Source: an uncultured bacterium (GTDB lineage: Bacteria; Hydrothermota; Tepidihabitantia; Tepidihabitantales; DTDR01). Taken from it: DNA of 64,000 nt. The translations under genes were made by a program, and so were the position numbers. This document shows positions 9,815-18,313 of this stretch, one piece after another. Numbering within the stretch: position 1 is the stretch's first letter; each line of letters starts with the position of its first letter. The notes beneath the pieces were generated by a model, which saw only the letters and a program-made list of their open reading frames with translations, had not been told where the DNA came from and did no database searches. Location of the stretch: positions 13,729 to 77,728 of the forward strand of contig CALHQW010000015.1 in NCBI GenBank assembly GCA_938040315.1, written 5' to 3'.

Positions 9815-10749
9815 GGATTGTTTTTTTTGGCAGTGATGAGTTAGGAATACCGGGGTTAGAGGTTTTATTAGAAAATAATTACGAAATTATCGGAATAATC
9901 ACAACTCCCGATAAACCAAAAGGAAGAGGATTAAAAATTTTACCAAATCCAATAAAAGAAAAAGCAGAAAAACTCTCCTTAAAAATTTTTCAGCCGGAAG
10001 ATCCAAATAATAAAGATTTTATTCTTATTTTAAAAGAGTTAAAACCCTTTTTAGGAATATTAATTAGTTACGGAAAAATTCTAAAGAGAGAATTAATAGA
10101 AATTTTTGAAAAAGGAATTATTAATATTCATTTCTCTCTTTTGCCAAAATATCGAGGTGCCGCACCAATTCAAAGAGCCTTAATGAATGGTGAAAAAGAA
10201 ACAGGCCTTTCTGCTTTTCTTTTAAATGAAAAATTAGATGCTGGACCAATTATTTATCAAGAGAAAATTATAATAAAAGAAAATGACGACTTTGGCAGTC
10301 TTAAAGAAAAATTAAAAGAATTAAGTAAGAGTTTTCTTATTAAAGCAATTAATAAATATCTAAATAATGAGCCCCTTATTTACCAAAACGAAGAATTGGC
10401 TACTTATGCTCCCAAAATCAAAAAAGAAGAGAGAAAAATAAATTGGGAAAAAGAAAAAAAGAGGATTTTTAATCAAATCCGTGCCCTCTCACCAGCGCCT
10501 GGTGCTTATACTTTTTTTCGTAATGAGCAATTAATTATATTAAAATCAGAAATTCCAGAAAAAGAACCGATAGAAAATTCCGAATTTCCTTGCGGAGGAG
10601 TTTTAATCTTTAATAAGAATCTTTATGTAAAATGTGCTGATTCCTTTTTGATAATCAAACAACTAAAACCAAGCGGGAAGAAACCTATTAACGATAAGGA
10701 TTTTATTAATGGCTATCGGGTAAAAACAGGCGATGCGTTTGTTAATTAA
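9811..10749 (+). CDS. fmt: methionyl-tRNA formyltransferase
   Basis: MRIVFFGSDELG..., NIHFSLLPKYRGAAPIQRALMNGEKETG. ATGA overlap with def. Confidence 0.85.
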   Translation: MRIVFFGSDELGIPGLEVLLENNYEIIGIITTPDKPKGRGLKILPNPIKEKAEKLSLKIFQPEDPNNKDFILILKELKPFLGILISYGKILKRELIEIFEKGIINIHFSLLPKYRGAAPIQRALMNGEKETGLSAFLLNEKLDAGPIIYQEKIIIKENDDFGSLKEKLKELSKSFLIKAINKYLNNEPLIYQNEELATYAPKIKKEERKINWEKEKKRIFNQIRALSPAPGAYTFFRNEQLIILKSEIPEKEPIENSEFPCGGVLIFNKNLYVKCADSFLIIKQLKPSGKKPINDKDFINGYRVKTGDAFVN

Positions 10750-11455
10750 AATCCTAATAGTCCCTTTGATGATATTTTTCGGATTTATCCTTAATCTATT
10801 TTTATATGGATTTTTAATCCTACCAATATTTGTTAAAACTTCTTGGGAAGTGAGGGTTCCTAATTTAATTGGTTTAACCCCTAAAGAAGCAAAAGAATTG
10901 CTTAAAAAAGTTAATTTAAAATTAGATGAAAAAATTATCTATGAAGAAAGAAATTTTCCTGAAGGAAGAATCTTTAAACAAAAACCTGAACCCAATAGCA
11001 AAATAAAAAGAGGTCAATATGTGAAAATAATTGTTTCTTCTGGACCAAAATTTATTAAAATACCAGAAATCTATGAAACCGATTTAGAAAAAACTATTCA
11101 ACTTTTAACCCAATATGATTTAAAGGTAAAAGTAGAATCAATTTATAACTCCCAACAAGAAGAAAAAATTATCAAAGTGGATCCTCCCCCTAATACCAAA
11201 GTTCGTCAAGGAAGTACAGTAAAAATTTATTTTGCCACTAAAGAGACTAAAATTTTCCCGATGCCTAATCTTTATAGTTTAGTAATTAATGAAGCAAGAA
11301 AAATTCTTGAAGAATATTCCCTTTATATCAAAGAAATTAGAGAAACGAAAAGTAATGAAAAAAGAGGTGTTGTGATTTTCCAATATCCTGAAGAAGGAAC
11401 CCTTGTAAAACCAGGAGATTCAGTTATAATAATTATTTCTAAAGGAAACGAATAA
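10733..11455 (+). CDS. membrane-anchored PASTA-repeat protein
   Basis: N-terminal TM, then about 70-aa repeats of the type IGLTPKEAKELLKK...KIIVSSGP and PNLYSLVINEARKILE (PASTA-like). Confidence 0.4.
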   Translation: MRLLIKILIVPLMIFFGFILNLFLYGFLILPIFVKTSWEVRVPNLIGLTPKEAKELLKKVNLKLDEKIIYEERNFPEGRIFKQKPEPNSKIKRGQYVKIIVSSGPKFIKIPEIYETDLEKTIQLLTQYDLKVKVESIYNSQQEEKIIKVDPPPNTKVRQGSTVKIYFATKETKIFPMPNLYSLVINEARKILEEYSLYIKEIRETKSNEKRGVVIFQYPEEGTLVKPGDSVIIIISKGNE

Positions 11456-11457
11456 TT

Positions 11458-12108
11458 ATGCATATTTCTGCCTCAATATTAAATTGTAATTTTTTAAAAT
11501 TAGAAGAAGAAATTAAAAAAGTAGAAGCGGCAGGTATTGATTCTTTTCATTTAGATGTGATGGATGGGCATTTTGTTTCTAATCTCAGTTTTGGAACACC
11601 AATCTTTAATGCTTTAAAAAAGATAACACAAAAACCTATTATTACTCATTTAATGGTTTTTTCGCCAATAAAAATGGTTGAATGGTTCATTCCTGGTTCT
11701 TTAGAAATAATTTTTCACTATGAAGCAATGAAAGATGAGAAAGAGTTAAAAGCAACGATTAATAAGATTAAAAATAATAATTTGAAATGCGGAATCGCCT
11801 TAAATCCGCCAACACCGATTGAAAATATTCTCCCCTATCTTTCCGAATTTAACGAAATTCTAATAATGAGCGTCAACCCTGGTTTTGGCGGGCAAAAATT
11901 TATTCCCGAAACAATAAAAAAAATTGAGCAATTAAGAAATCTGATTAATAAAGAAAATTTAAAAATTACGCTTTCAGTAGATGGTGGTGTAGGACCGGAA
12001 AATAGTAAATTATTAATCACTGCCGGTGTTGACAAATTAGTAGTCGGCAGTGCCATTTTTAGAGAAAAGGATTATTCTTTAATAGTGAAAAAACTTAAAA
12101 ATGTTTGA
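11458..12108 (+). CDS. rpe: ribulose-phosphate 3-epimerase
   Basis: FHLDVMDGHFVSNLSFG, MSVNPGFGGQKF, SVDGG. Confidence 0.85.
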   Translation: MHISASILNCNFLKLEEEIKKVEAAGIDSFHLDVMDGHFVSNLSFGTPIFNALKKITQKPIITHLMVFSPIKMVEWFIPGSLEIIFHYEAMKDEKELKATINKIKNNNLKCGIALNPPTPIENILPYLSEFNEILIMSVNPGFGGQKFIPETIKKIEQLRNLINKENLKITLSVDGGVGPENSKLLITAGVDKLVVGSAIFREKDYSLIVKKLKNV

Positions 12109-13381
12109 TATAATTGCTGACCGATTTATAAAATTACAAAGAAAAATTCTCGGTTATGGTCGTCTTTCTCAAAAGGAAATTTCTGATACTTTAAGAGAAA
12201 TTAGAATTTTACTCTTGGATGCCGATGTTAATTACAAAGTAGTTGGAGAATTCCTGCGTTCTTTAGAAGAAAAATTGAAATCAGAAAAAATTGCCTCTTC
12301 TTTGAAACCTGGTGAATTAGTAATTGTTGAATTATATAAAGAAATAGTAAAATTACTTGGCGAAAAACCAACAAAACTTAATTTAACTAACCAATTTAAT
12401 ATCCTTTGTTTATTCGGTCTCCAGGGCACCGGAAAGACCACTACTGCGGCAAAATTGGCTTATTATTATAAAGAAAAAAAACCTTTATTAGTTGCTTGTG
12501 ATCCAAAAAGACCAGCTGCCTCTTTACAATTACAAAAATTAGCAGAAAGGGTAAAAGTTGATTTTATTCCGGTAAAAGAAGATATATTTACAACTGCCAA
12601 AGTGGCTTTAGAATTTGCTAAAAAGAATAATAATCAATTAGTCCTTTTTGATACCGCTGGCCGACTGCATATCGATGAAGAATTAATGAAGGAACTAAAA
12701 GAATTCAAAGAAAAAATAAAACCTAATTATAATCTTTTAGTAGTTGATGGAATGGTTGGCCAGGATGCGGTTAATCAGGCAAAAGAATTTAACGAAAAAA
12801 TTGGAATTGACGGTGTAATTATCACTAAAATGGATGGCGATGCTAAAGGTGGTGCTTGTCTTTCTATAAGAGCAGTAAGTAAGGCACCGATAATCTTTAT
12901 TGGCATTGGCGAAAAAATCGATGATTTACAAGAATTTCATCCCGATCGAATTGCTAGTCGTATTTTAGGAAGGGGCGATATAAAAACTTTGATAGAAAAA
13001 GTCGAAAGCGCAGTAAATAGAGAAGACCAAGAAAAACTAACTAAGAAATTTTTAAAAGGCGAATTTAATTTAGAAGATTTTTTAAATCAACTAAAAATTA
13101 TTAAAAAAATGGGAAGCTTACAAAAAATTCTCTCTATGATGCCTATCCCGGAACTGAAAGTAATAAATTTTGATGAAAAGGAAATTATAAAAATGGAAGC
13201 AATTATTTTATCAATGACAAAAGAAGAAAGAAGAAATCCTAAAATTATTGATGGAAGTAGGAAAAAAAGGATTGCTTTGGGTAGCGGAACAACTGTTGCC
13301 GATGTCAATCGGCTACTTAACGATTTTTTTCAAGCCCAGAAATTAGCAAAACTTTTTAAGGATAAAAGGAAAATATTTTAA
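12101..13381 (+). CDS. ffh: signal recognition particle protein Ffh
   Basis: GLQGTGKTTTAAKLA, DTAGR, TKMDGDAKGG, and a Met-rich M-domain. Confidence 0.9.
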   Translation: MFDIIADRFIKLQRKILGYGRLSQKEISDTLREIRILLLDADVNYKVVGEFLRSLEEKLKSEKIASSLKPGELVIVELYKEIVKLLGEKPTKLNLTNQFNILCLFGLQGTGKTTTAAKLAYYYKEKKPLLVACDPKRPAASLQLQKLAERVKVDFIPVKEDIFTTAKVALEFAKKNNNQLVLFDTAGRLHIDEELMKELKEFKEKIKPNYNLLVVDGMVGQDAVNQAKEFNEKIGIDGVIITKMDGDAKGGACLSIRAVSKAPIIFIGIGEKIDDLQEFHPDRIASRILGRGDIKTLIEKVESAVNREDQEKLTKKFLKGEFNLEDFLNQLKIIKKMGSLQKILSMMPIPELKVINFDEKEIIKMEAIILSMTKEERRNPKIIDGSRKKRIALGSGTTVADVNRLLNDFFQAQKLAKLFKDKRKIF

Positions 13382-13396
13382 GAAGGAGGAAAAAAA

Positions 13397-13876
13397 ATGA
13401 TTTTTTATTCAATAAATGAAGTATTAGAAATGGCTATCCAAATTGAAAAAAGTGGTTATCAGTTTTATTTAAAATCAAAAGAAAAAACTAATGATAAGAA
13501 ATTAAAAGAACTTTTTAACTTCTTATCTATTGAAGAATTAAGGCACAGGGAAACCTTTGAAGGAATTAAAAACAAATTAAAAACAACTCCCTATACTTTA
13601 CCTTATAACTGGGAAGAAGCCAAATTATACTTAAAAGCAATTACCGACTCCCATTTTTTTAAAGGAGAAGATAAAGTTTTAAATCTAATGGAAAAAACCG
13701 AAAATGAAAAGGAATTAATCAATTTGGCAATTGCTTTTGAAAAAGAAACTTTAATTTTCTATTATGAAATATTAAATCTGGTTGGGGAAGAAGAAAAATC
13801 AACAGTTTTAAAATTAATTCAAGAAGAAAAAAACCATATTAAAAAATTAGAAACAATAAAGGAAGAAAAGATATGA
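13397..13876 (+). CDS. erythrin/rubrerythrin-like diiron ferritin-like protein (paralog 1 of 3)
   Basis: Four-helix-bundle ligand pattern E(IEKSG)...EELRHRE...E(FEKET)...EEKNHIKKLE. No rubredoxin domain. Confidence 0.6.
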   Translation: MIFYSINEVLEMAIQIEKSGYQFYLKSKEKTNDKKLKELFNFLSIEELRHRETFEGIKNKLKTTPYTLPYNWEEAKLYLKAITDSHFFKGEDKVLNLMEKTENEKELINLAIAFEKETLIFYYEILNLVGEEEKSTVLKLIQEEKNHIKKLETIKEEKI

Positions 13877-14376
13877 ATGAAATTTTTAAATTGGCGATCG
13901 ACTTAGAAAAAGAAGCTTTGCTTTCCTATCTTCGTTTTGGACACCAAATAAAAGATTTAAGAGGTAAAGACCTTTTTATCCGTTTAGCAATGGACGAATT
14001 TGAACATATCGAAATCTTAGAGAAAGAATCCCAATATTTTGAGAAAGAGAAAGGATTTAAAGAATTAGAAATTCCTCTAACGGAAATTGAAAAAATTGTA
14101 GATAATTTAAAACCCTTGCTACCAAAAGAAAAAAAAATATCTGATTTAAAGGAGTTAAATATTTTACAAATGGCCTTAACATTAGAGAAAAAAAGTATCG
14201 ATTTTTATCAAAACCAAGAAAAAGCAAGCAAAGAAGAAGTATCTAAGAAGATCTGGAAAAGATTAAAAGAAGTTGAAGAAGGTCATTATCGACTTATTCA
14301 AGCAGAAATTGATTATTTAACAAAAACTGGTTTTTGGTTTGATTTTCGGGAATTTAGTTTAGAAGTGGAGAAGTAA
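13873..14376 (+). CDS. erythrin/rubrerythrin-like diiron ferritin-like protein (paralog 2 of 3)
   Basis: AIDLEKEA...DEFEHIEILE...ALTLEKKSIDFY...EEGHYRLIQAE. ATGA overlap with paralog 1. Confidence 0.6.
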   Translation: MNEIFKLAIDLEKEALLSYLRFGHQIKDLRGKDLFIRLAMDEFEHIEILEKESQYFEKEKGFKELEIPLTEIEKIVDNLKPLLPKEKKISDLKELNILQMALTLEKKSIDFYQNQEKASKEEVSKKIWKRLKEVEEGHYRLIQAEIDYLTKTGFWFDFREFSLEVEK

Positions 14377-14394
14377 TTTGAAAAGGAGGAATTT

Positions 14395-14886
14395 ATGGAA
14401 GAAACTTTGACTTCTTTAGAAATATTACAAAAAGCAATAAAATCAGAGGTCGAAGCCTTCCAATTTTATAATAAACTGCAAGAGGTAGTTGAAAATAAAG
14501 TTTTAAAAAAGAAGTTGAATTTTTTAAAAAGGGAAGAAAAAAAACATGAGAAATTATTAAGAAATATTTTCAAAAATCAGTTTCCTAAAGAAAAAATAAA
14601 ATTGCCCAAAAAAGGCTTTACTCCTTTACCAACAATTGAGAAAATAGAAAAATTATCTTTAGAATCCCTTTTGGAAGCAGCAATGGAAGCCGAAGAGATT
14701 TCTGAAAAATTCTATCGGGAAAATTCAATATTAATTAATGATGAAAATAGCAAAAGATTATTAATTTATCTATCTTCAATGGAGAAATCACACTACCAAA
14801 TTTTGAAAACAGAATACGATTTATTAACTAGTTTTACTTCTTACGAGGCTTATAAAAAATTCTCCTTAGAGCATTTAGGACCATGA
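14395..14886 (+). CDS. erythrin/rubrerythrin-like diiron ferritin-like protein (paralog 3 of 3)
   Basis: AIKSEVEAFQFY...REEKKHEKLL...AMEAEEISEKFY...MEKSHYQILKTE. RBS aaaggaggaatttATG. Confidence 0.6.
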   Translation: MEETLTSLEILQKAIKSEVEAFQFYNKLQEVVENKVLKKKLNFLKREEKKHEKLLRNIFKNQFPKEKIKLPKKGFTPLPTIEKIEKLSLESLLEAAMEAEEISEKFYRENSILINDENSKRLLIYLSSMEKSHYQILKTEYDLLTSFTSYEAYKKFSLEHLGP

Positions 14887-16046
14887 AAAAAATATATCTT
14901 GATCATCAAGCTACGACGCCTATCCATCCTGAAGTTCTTTCTTTAATGGAGAATATTCAAAAAGAAATATTTGGCAATCCCCAAAGTTCTCATTATTTCG
15001 GTTTTGAAGCTAAAAAACTGTTAGAAGAGGCAAGAGAAAATATTGCTTCCCTTTTAAATGTTTCTCCTTCGGAAATTTATTTCACTTCCTCTGGGGCTGA
15101 AAGTAATAATTGGGCAATCAAGAAGGTTGCCTTTGCTAACCAAAATAAAGGCAATCATATCATTATTTCCGCAATCGAACATCCTTCAGTAATTCAACCA
15201 GCAAAAAGATTAGAAAAATTGGGGTTTGAAATCACCTATTTGCCAGTTGATAAATATGGTACCATTGATTTAGAAGAGTTAAAAAAGAAAATAAAAAAAG
15301 AAACAATTCTTATTTCTATAATGCATGCCAATTATGAAGTTGGTACAATTGAACCAATCAAAGAAATTGCCGAAATTGCTAAAGAAAATAAAATTATTTT
15401 TCATTCGGACGGTGTGGCAGCAGCAGGTCAATTAAAAATTGATTTAAAAGAACTCGGTGTGGATCTTTATACGATTTCCTCCCATACCTTCTACGGTCCC
15501 AAAGGAGTAGCATTATTATATATCAAAAGGGGAACAAAAATTCAACCATTAATAGAAGGCGGTATTCAAGAAAATAATCGTCGAGCAGGAACCGAAAATT
15601 TGATTGGTATTATTGGTATGGCAAAGGCTTATGAAATTGCCATAAAAGAAATGGAAGAAAGAAAAAATAAGTTAGAAAAATTAAGAAATAGGTTGATAGA
15701 AGAATTACCTAAAAAAATTGATAATATTTATTTAACCGGTCATCCCCAAAATCGTCTACCTAATCATGCTAGTTTTTGTGTTGAGTATGTAGAAGGTGAA
15801 GCAATGGTTTTATATTTAAATCAATATGGAATCGCCTGTGCCTCTGGTTCTGCCTGTTCTTCTAAACAATTAAAGGCTTCTCATGTCCTTTTGGCAATGG
15901 GTATTTCACCAGTCTTAGCCCAGGGTTCTGTTATTTTCACTTTAGGGATCAATAACACTGAAGAAGACATTGACTATCTTTTAGAAGTATTTCCACCAAT
16001 TGTAAAAAGATTAAGAGAAATCTCACCTTTATATAAAATTTCTTGA
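14883..16046 (+). CDS. cysteine desulfurase (IscS/NifS class V aminotransferase)
   Basis: SSHTFYGPKGVALLY (PLP lysine), catalytic-loop Cys in ASGSACSS. ATGA overlap with ferritin-like paralog 3. Confidence 0.85.
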   Translation: MKKIYLDHQATTPIHPEVLSLMENIQKEIFGNPQSSHYFGFEAKKLLEEARENIASLLNVSPSEIYFTSSGAESNNWAIKKVAFANQNKGNHIIISAIEHPSVIQPAKRLEKLGFEITYLPVDKYGTIDLEELKKKIKKETILISIMHANYEVGTIEPIKEIAEIAKENKIIFHSDGVAAAGQLKIDLKELGVDLYTISSHTFYGPKGVALLYIKRGTKIQPLIEGGIQENNRRAGTENLIGIIGMAKAYEIAIKEMEERKNKLEKLRNRLIEELPKKIDNIYLTGHPQNRLPNHASFCVEYVEGEAMVLYLNQYGIACASGSACSSKQLKASHVLLAMGISPVLAQGSVIFTLGINNTEEDIDYLLEVFPPIVKRLREISPLYKIS

Positions 16047-16073
16047 ATCAACTTTATATAAAATTTCTTGAAT
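16027..16073. repeat. perfect tandem duplication of a 22-mer ctttatataaaatttcttgaat (25-bp period) spanning the desulfurase stop codon
   Basis: Copy 1 about 16027-16048, a caa spacer, copy 2 about 16052-16073. Read directly. Confidence 0.7.
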
Positions 16074-16207
16074 TAAAAATTATTTTAAATTATAATAAAA
16101 TAAAATATGAAAAAAGAGAAATTATTTTTCTTTATCGATATTTCTAATTTTATTTTTTTAATATTTTTCTATGTTTTAAAAAACAAACATCAAAGAGGAG
16201 ATGAACG

Positions 16208-16729
16208 ATGAAATTAAAAAATTTAATTTTTATCTTAGTTTTATTTATTTTTATTCCTACCCAAGAAAAAAGGGATACTTTAAAATCTTATAAAAAAGCA
16301 CCGAGCTTTTCTCTTTATAATATTAATAAAGAAAAAATTTATCTTGATTCTCTACTAAATAAAGGACCAATTTTTATTAGTTTTTGGGCGTTGTGGTGTA
16401 AACTTTGTATTCAAGAACTTGATGCTTTTAAAAAAATATATGACCAATATGAAACCTTAGGGCTTAAAGTTTTAGCAATTTCAGAGGACGGACCAAGAGC
16501 AGTAAATAATATAAAATCTTTTGTCAAAGGGAAAAAATGGAAATATGAAATTTTATTAGACCCGGACGGAAAAATAAGAGAACTCTTTGGTGTTGGTTCA
16601 ACTCTGCCAACAAGTTTTATCCTTGATAAAGAAGGAAATATCCGTTTGATTTCGCGAGGTTATAAAAAAGGTGATGAAAAAAAATTTGTAAAAGTTATTG
16701 AAGAGATAATTAATGAAGCGAAAGAGTAA
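16208..16729 (+). CDS. secreted TlpA/redoxin-family thiol-disulfide oxidoreductase (thioredoxin fold, CxxC)
   Basis: Signal peptide MKLKNLIFILVLFIF. Active site FWALWCKLC. RBS aagaggag 8 nt upstream. Confidence 0.65.
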   Translation: MKLKNLIFILVLFIFIPTQEKRDTLKSYKKAPSFSLYNINKEKIYLDSLLNKGPIFISFWALWCKLCIQELDAFKKIYDQYETLGLKVLAISEDGPRAVNNIKSFVKGKKWKYEILLDPDGKIRELFGVGSTLPTSFILDKEGNIRLISRGYKKGDEKKFVKVIEEIINEAKE

Positions 16730-18179
16730 ATTTGTTTTATTTATTCTTCTCTTCTTTTATCTTTATTCCCAAGAAGAAACACCGATTGAAAAAAAGTTAA
16801 ACCTTTCTGGCGAAATAAAAGGAGAGTATTGGCTTTGGACAAAAGAAAATAAAGATAAAAGTTTTAAATTTTCCGACCATTTTGAAGGAAAATTCCGTTT
16901 TTTAATCAACTATGAAAACATTTATTTACGAACCGGTATTTTTCTTTATCAACCAAGTTTACCTAAGAAATCTTTGAAAGAATATTATTATAATTTTGAA
17001 TATTGCCATCCCCAAGCAGAATTTTTAATAGGTAATTTTTATCAGGTTTTTGGTCGGGGTCTTACTTTTCGTTCTTATTTTAATGAAGACTTTCGTTATG
17101 ATAAAGTTTTATTTGGTGGTAGGGCTATCCTCCATATTTTTAAATCTGATATTCTTCTCTTTGCTGGAAAAATGAAAAATATTATCTTTCAAGAAAATAA
17201 ATACCAATATGAAAATGATACTACCGATCAATTAAGGGGTGGAGAAATCGTTATCTATCCTTTTCCCCACTTAGAAATTGGTGGTCGTTATATAAGATTA
17301 AATAAAGAAAAAGATATAACACCTCGAGCTTTTGCAGAAATATTTGGACCAAGTATTTCTTTTACTTATAATTTTTTTGATCTATATTATGAATTTTGTG
17401 AAAAACTTTCTACCCGAGAAGTGCTTGGTGGCAGAAAAAAAGGATACGGTCATTATTTAGTAACTTCTTTTACTTTTACTGGCTTCGGCCTCAGTTTAGA
17501 AGGAATGAAATATGATAGCATCGATTTTGGTGGTGAAGGATATCGCTATAATGATGTACCGACACCAAGTAGAGAGGGAATATCAATTAATCGGGGAAGA
17601 GACGAAAAAGGAGGTAGTATTTCCTTAAATTTCACACCTTTTGATTTCTTAAATTATGATGGTAGTTACGGGTACTTACAAACTTATAAAAAAGATAAAT
17701 ATCTTAAAGAACTCATTAATAAAATTAATTTTAAAAAGAATGAAGATTTTAATAATACCTTTATTTTTGAATACCTCCAGAAAAAAGGGATAGAAATAAA
17801 AGTAGAGTTAACAGAGGAGTTAAAATTTATTAATGAAACTAAATTGTCCTTTAATAATCATACCTTTAATTTAGAGATACCTTTAAATTTTGTTTCTGAT
17901 GATACTTTGAAATACAAAGATTTTGGAGTAATTTTTGAATATCAAAACAATCCCTATTTTACATTAACTATGAATTATCAAAAAACAACTACAAAGATTC
18001 CTAAATATGATTATGAAGATAAATGGTTATTATTTGAAGGGACTTTTTTTATAACCCAAAATATAACTTGGCGAATAAGAGTTGGGCAAGAAAGAGGTGG
18101 ACTTATTTGTTCCGGTGGTGTCTGTCGTTATGAAGCACCTTTTAATGGAATGAAAATTTCTCTACAAGCGAGATTTTGA
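16713..18179 (+). CDS. hypothetical outer-membrane beta-barrel protein
   Basis: Signal peptide MKRKSKFVLFILLFFYLYSQE. Alternating aromatic/polar beta-strand pattern throughout. C-terminal ...SLQARF (terminal Phe, OMP-like). 17-nt overlap with the redoxin gene. Confidence 0.4.
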   Translation: MKRKSKFVLFILLFFYLYSQEETPIEKKLNLSGEIKGEYWLWTKENKDKSFKFSDHFEGKFRFLINYENIYLRTGIFLYQPSLPKKSLKEYYYNFEYCHPQAEFLIGNFYQVFGRGLTFRSYFNEDFRYDKVLFGGRAILHIFKSDILLFAGKMKNIIFQENKYQYENDTTDQLRGGEIVIYPFPHLEIGGRYIRLNKEKDITPRAFAEIFGPSISFTYNFFDLYYEFCEKLSTREVLGGRKKGYGHYLVTSFTFTGFGLSLEGMKYDSIDFGGEGYRYNDVPTPSREGISINRGRDEKGGSISLNFTPFDFLNYDGSYGYLQTYKKDKYLKELINKINFKKNEDFNNTFIFEYLQKKGIEIKVELTEELKFINETKLSFNNHTFNLEIPLNFVSDDTLKYKDFGVIFEYQNNPYFTLTMNYQKTTTKIPKYDYEDKWLLFEGTFFITQNITWRIRVGQERGGLICSGGVCRYEAPFNGMKISLQARF

Positions 18180-18313
18180 TGAGAAAATATCTCTTTTTTA
18201 TTTCTTTAGTTATTGGCGTTATTTTCTTAATTATAGCATTAAGATCAGAACAGATTAAAGAAGTATTTAATACTGGCATCTTGCTTTGCCTTTCTTGTAT
18301 TGGTTTAGGATGA
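18179..18313 (+). CDS. 44-aa single-TM membrane peptide with C-terminal CxxC (not in the ORF track)
   Basis: ATG shares a base with the barrel gene stop (TGATG), and its TGA overlaps the ATG of the downstream polyferredoxin (ATGA). Translation MRKYLFFISLVIGVIFLIIALRSEQIKEVFNTGILLCLSCIGLG. No strong RBS. Confidence 0.35.
   Translation: MRKYLFFISLVIGVIFLIIALRSEQIKEVFNTGILLCLSCIGLG

Noticed and set aside
18286-18309. Upstream Met (MPFLYWFR) as the start of the polyferredoxin
   Set aside because: The internal ATG at 18310 forms an ATGA overlap with the 44-aa ORF stop, matching the coupling style used throughout this locus. The upstream start would run through the micropeptide's CxxC codons in another frame. 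Kept as an alternative only.
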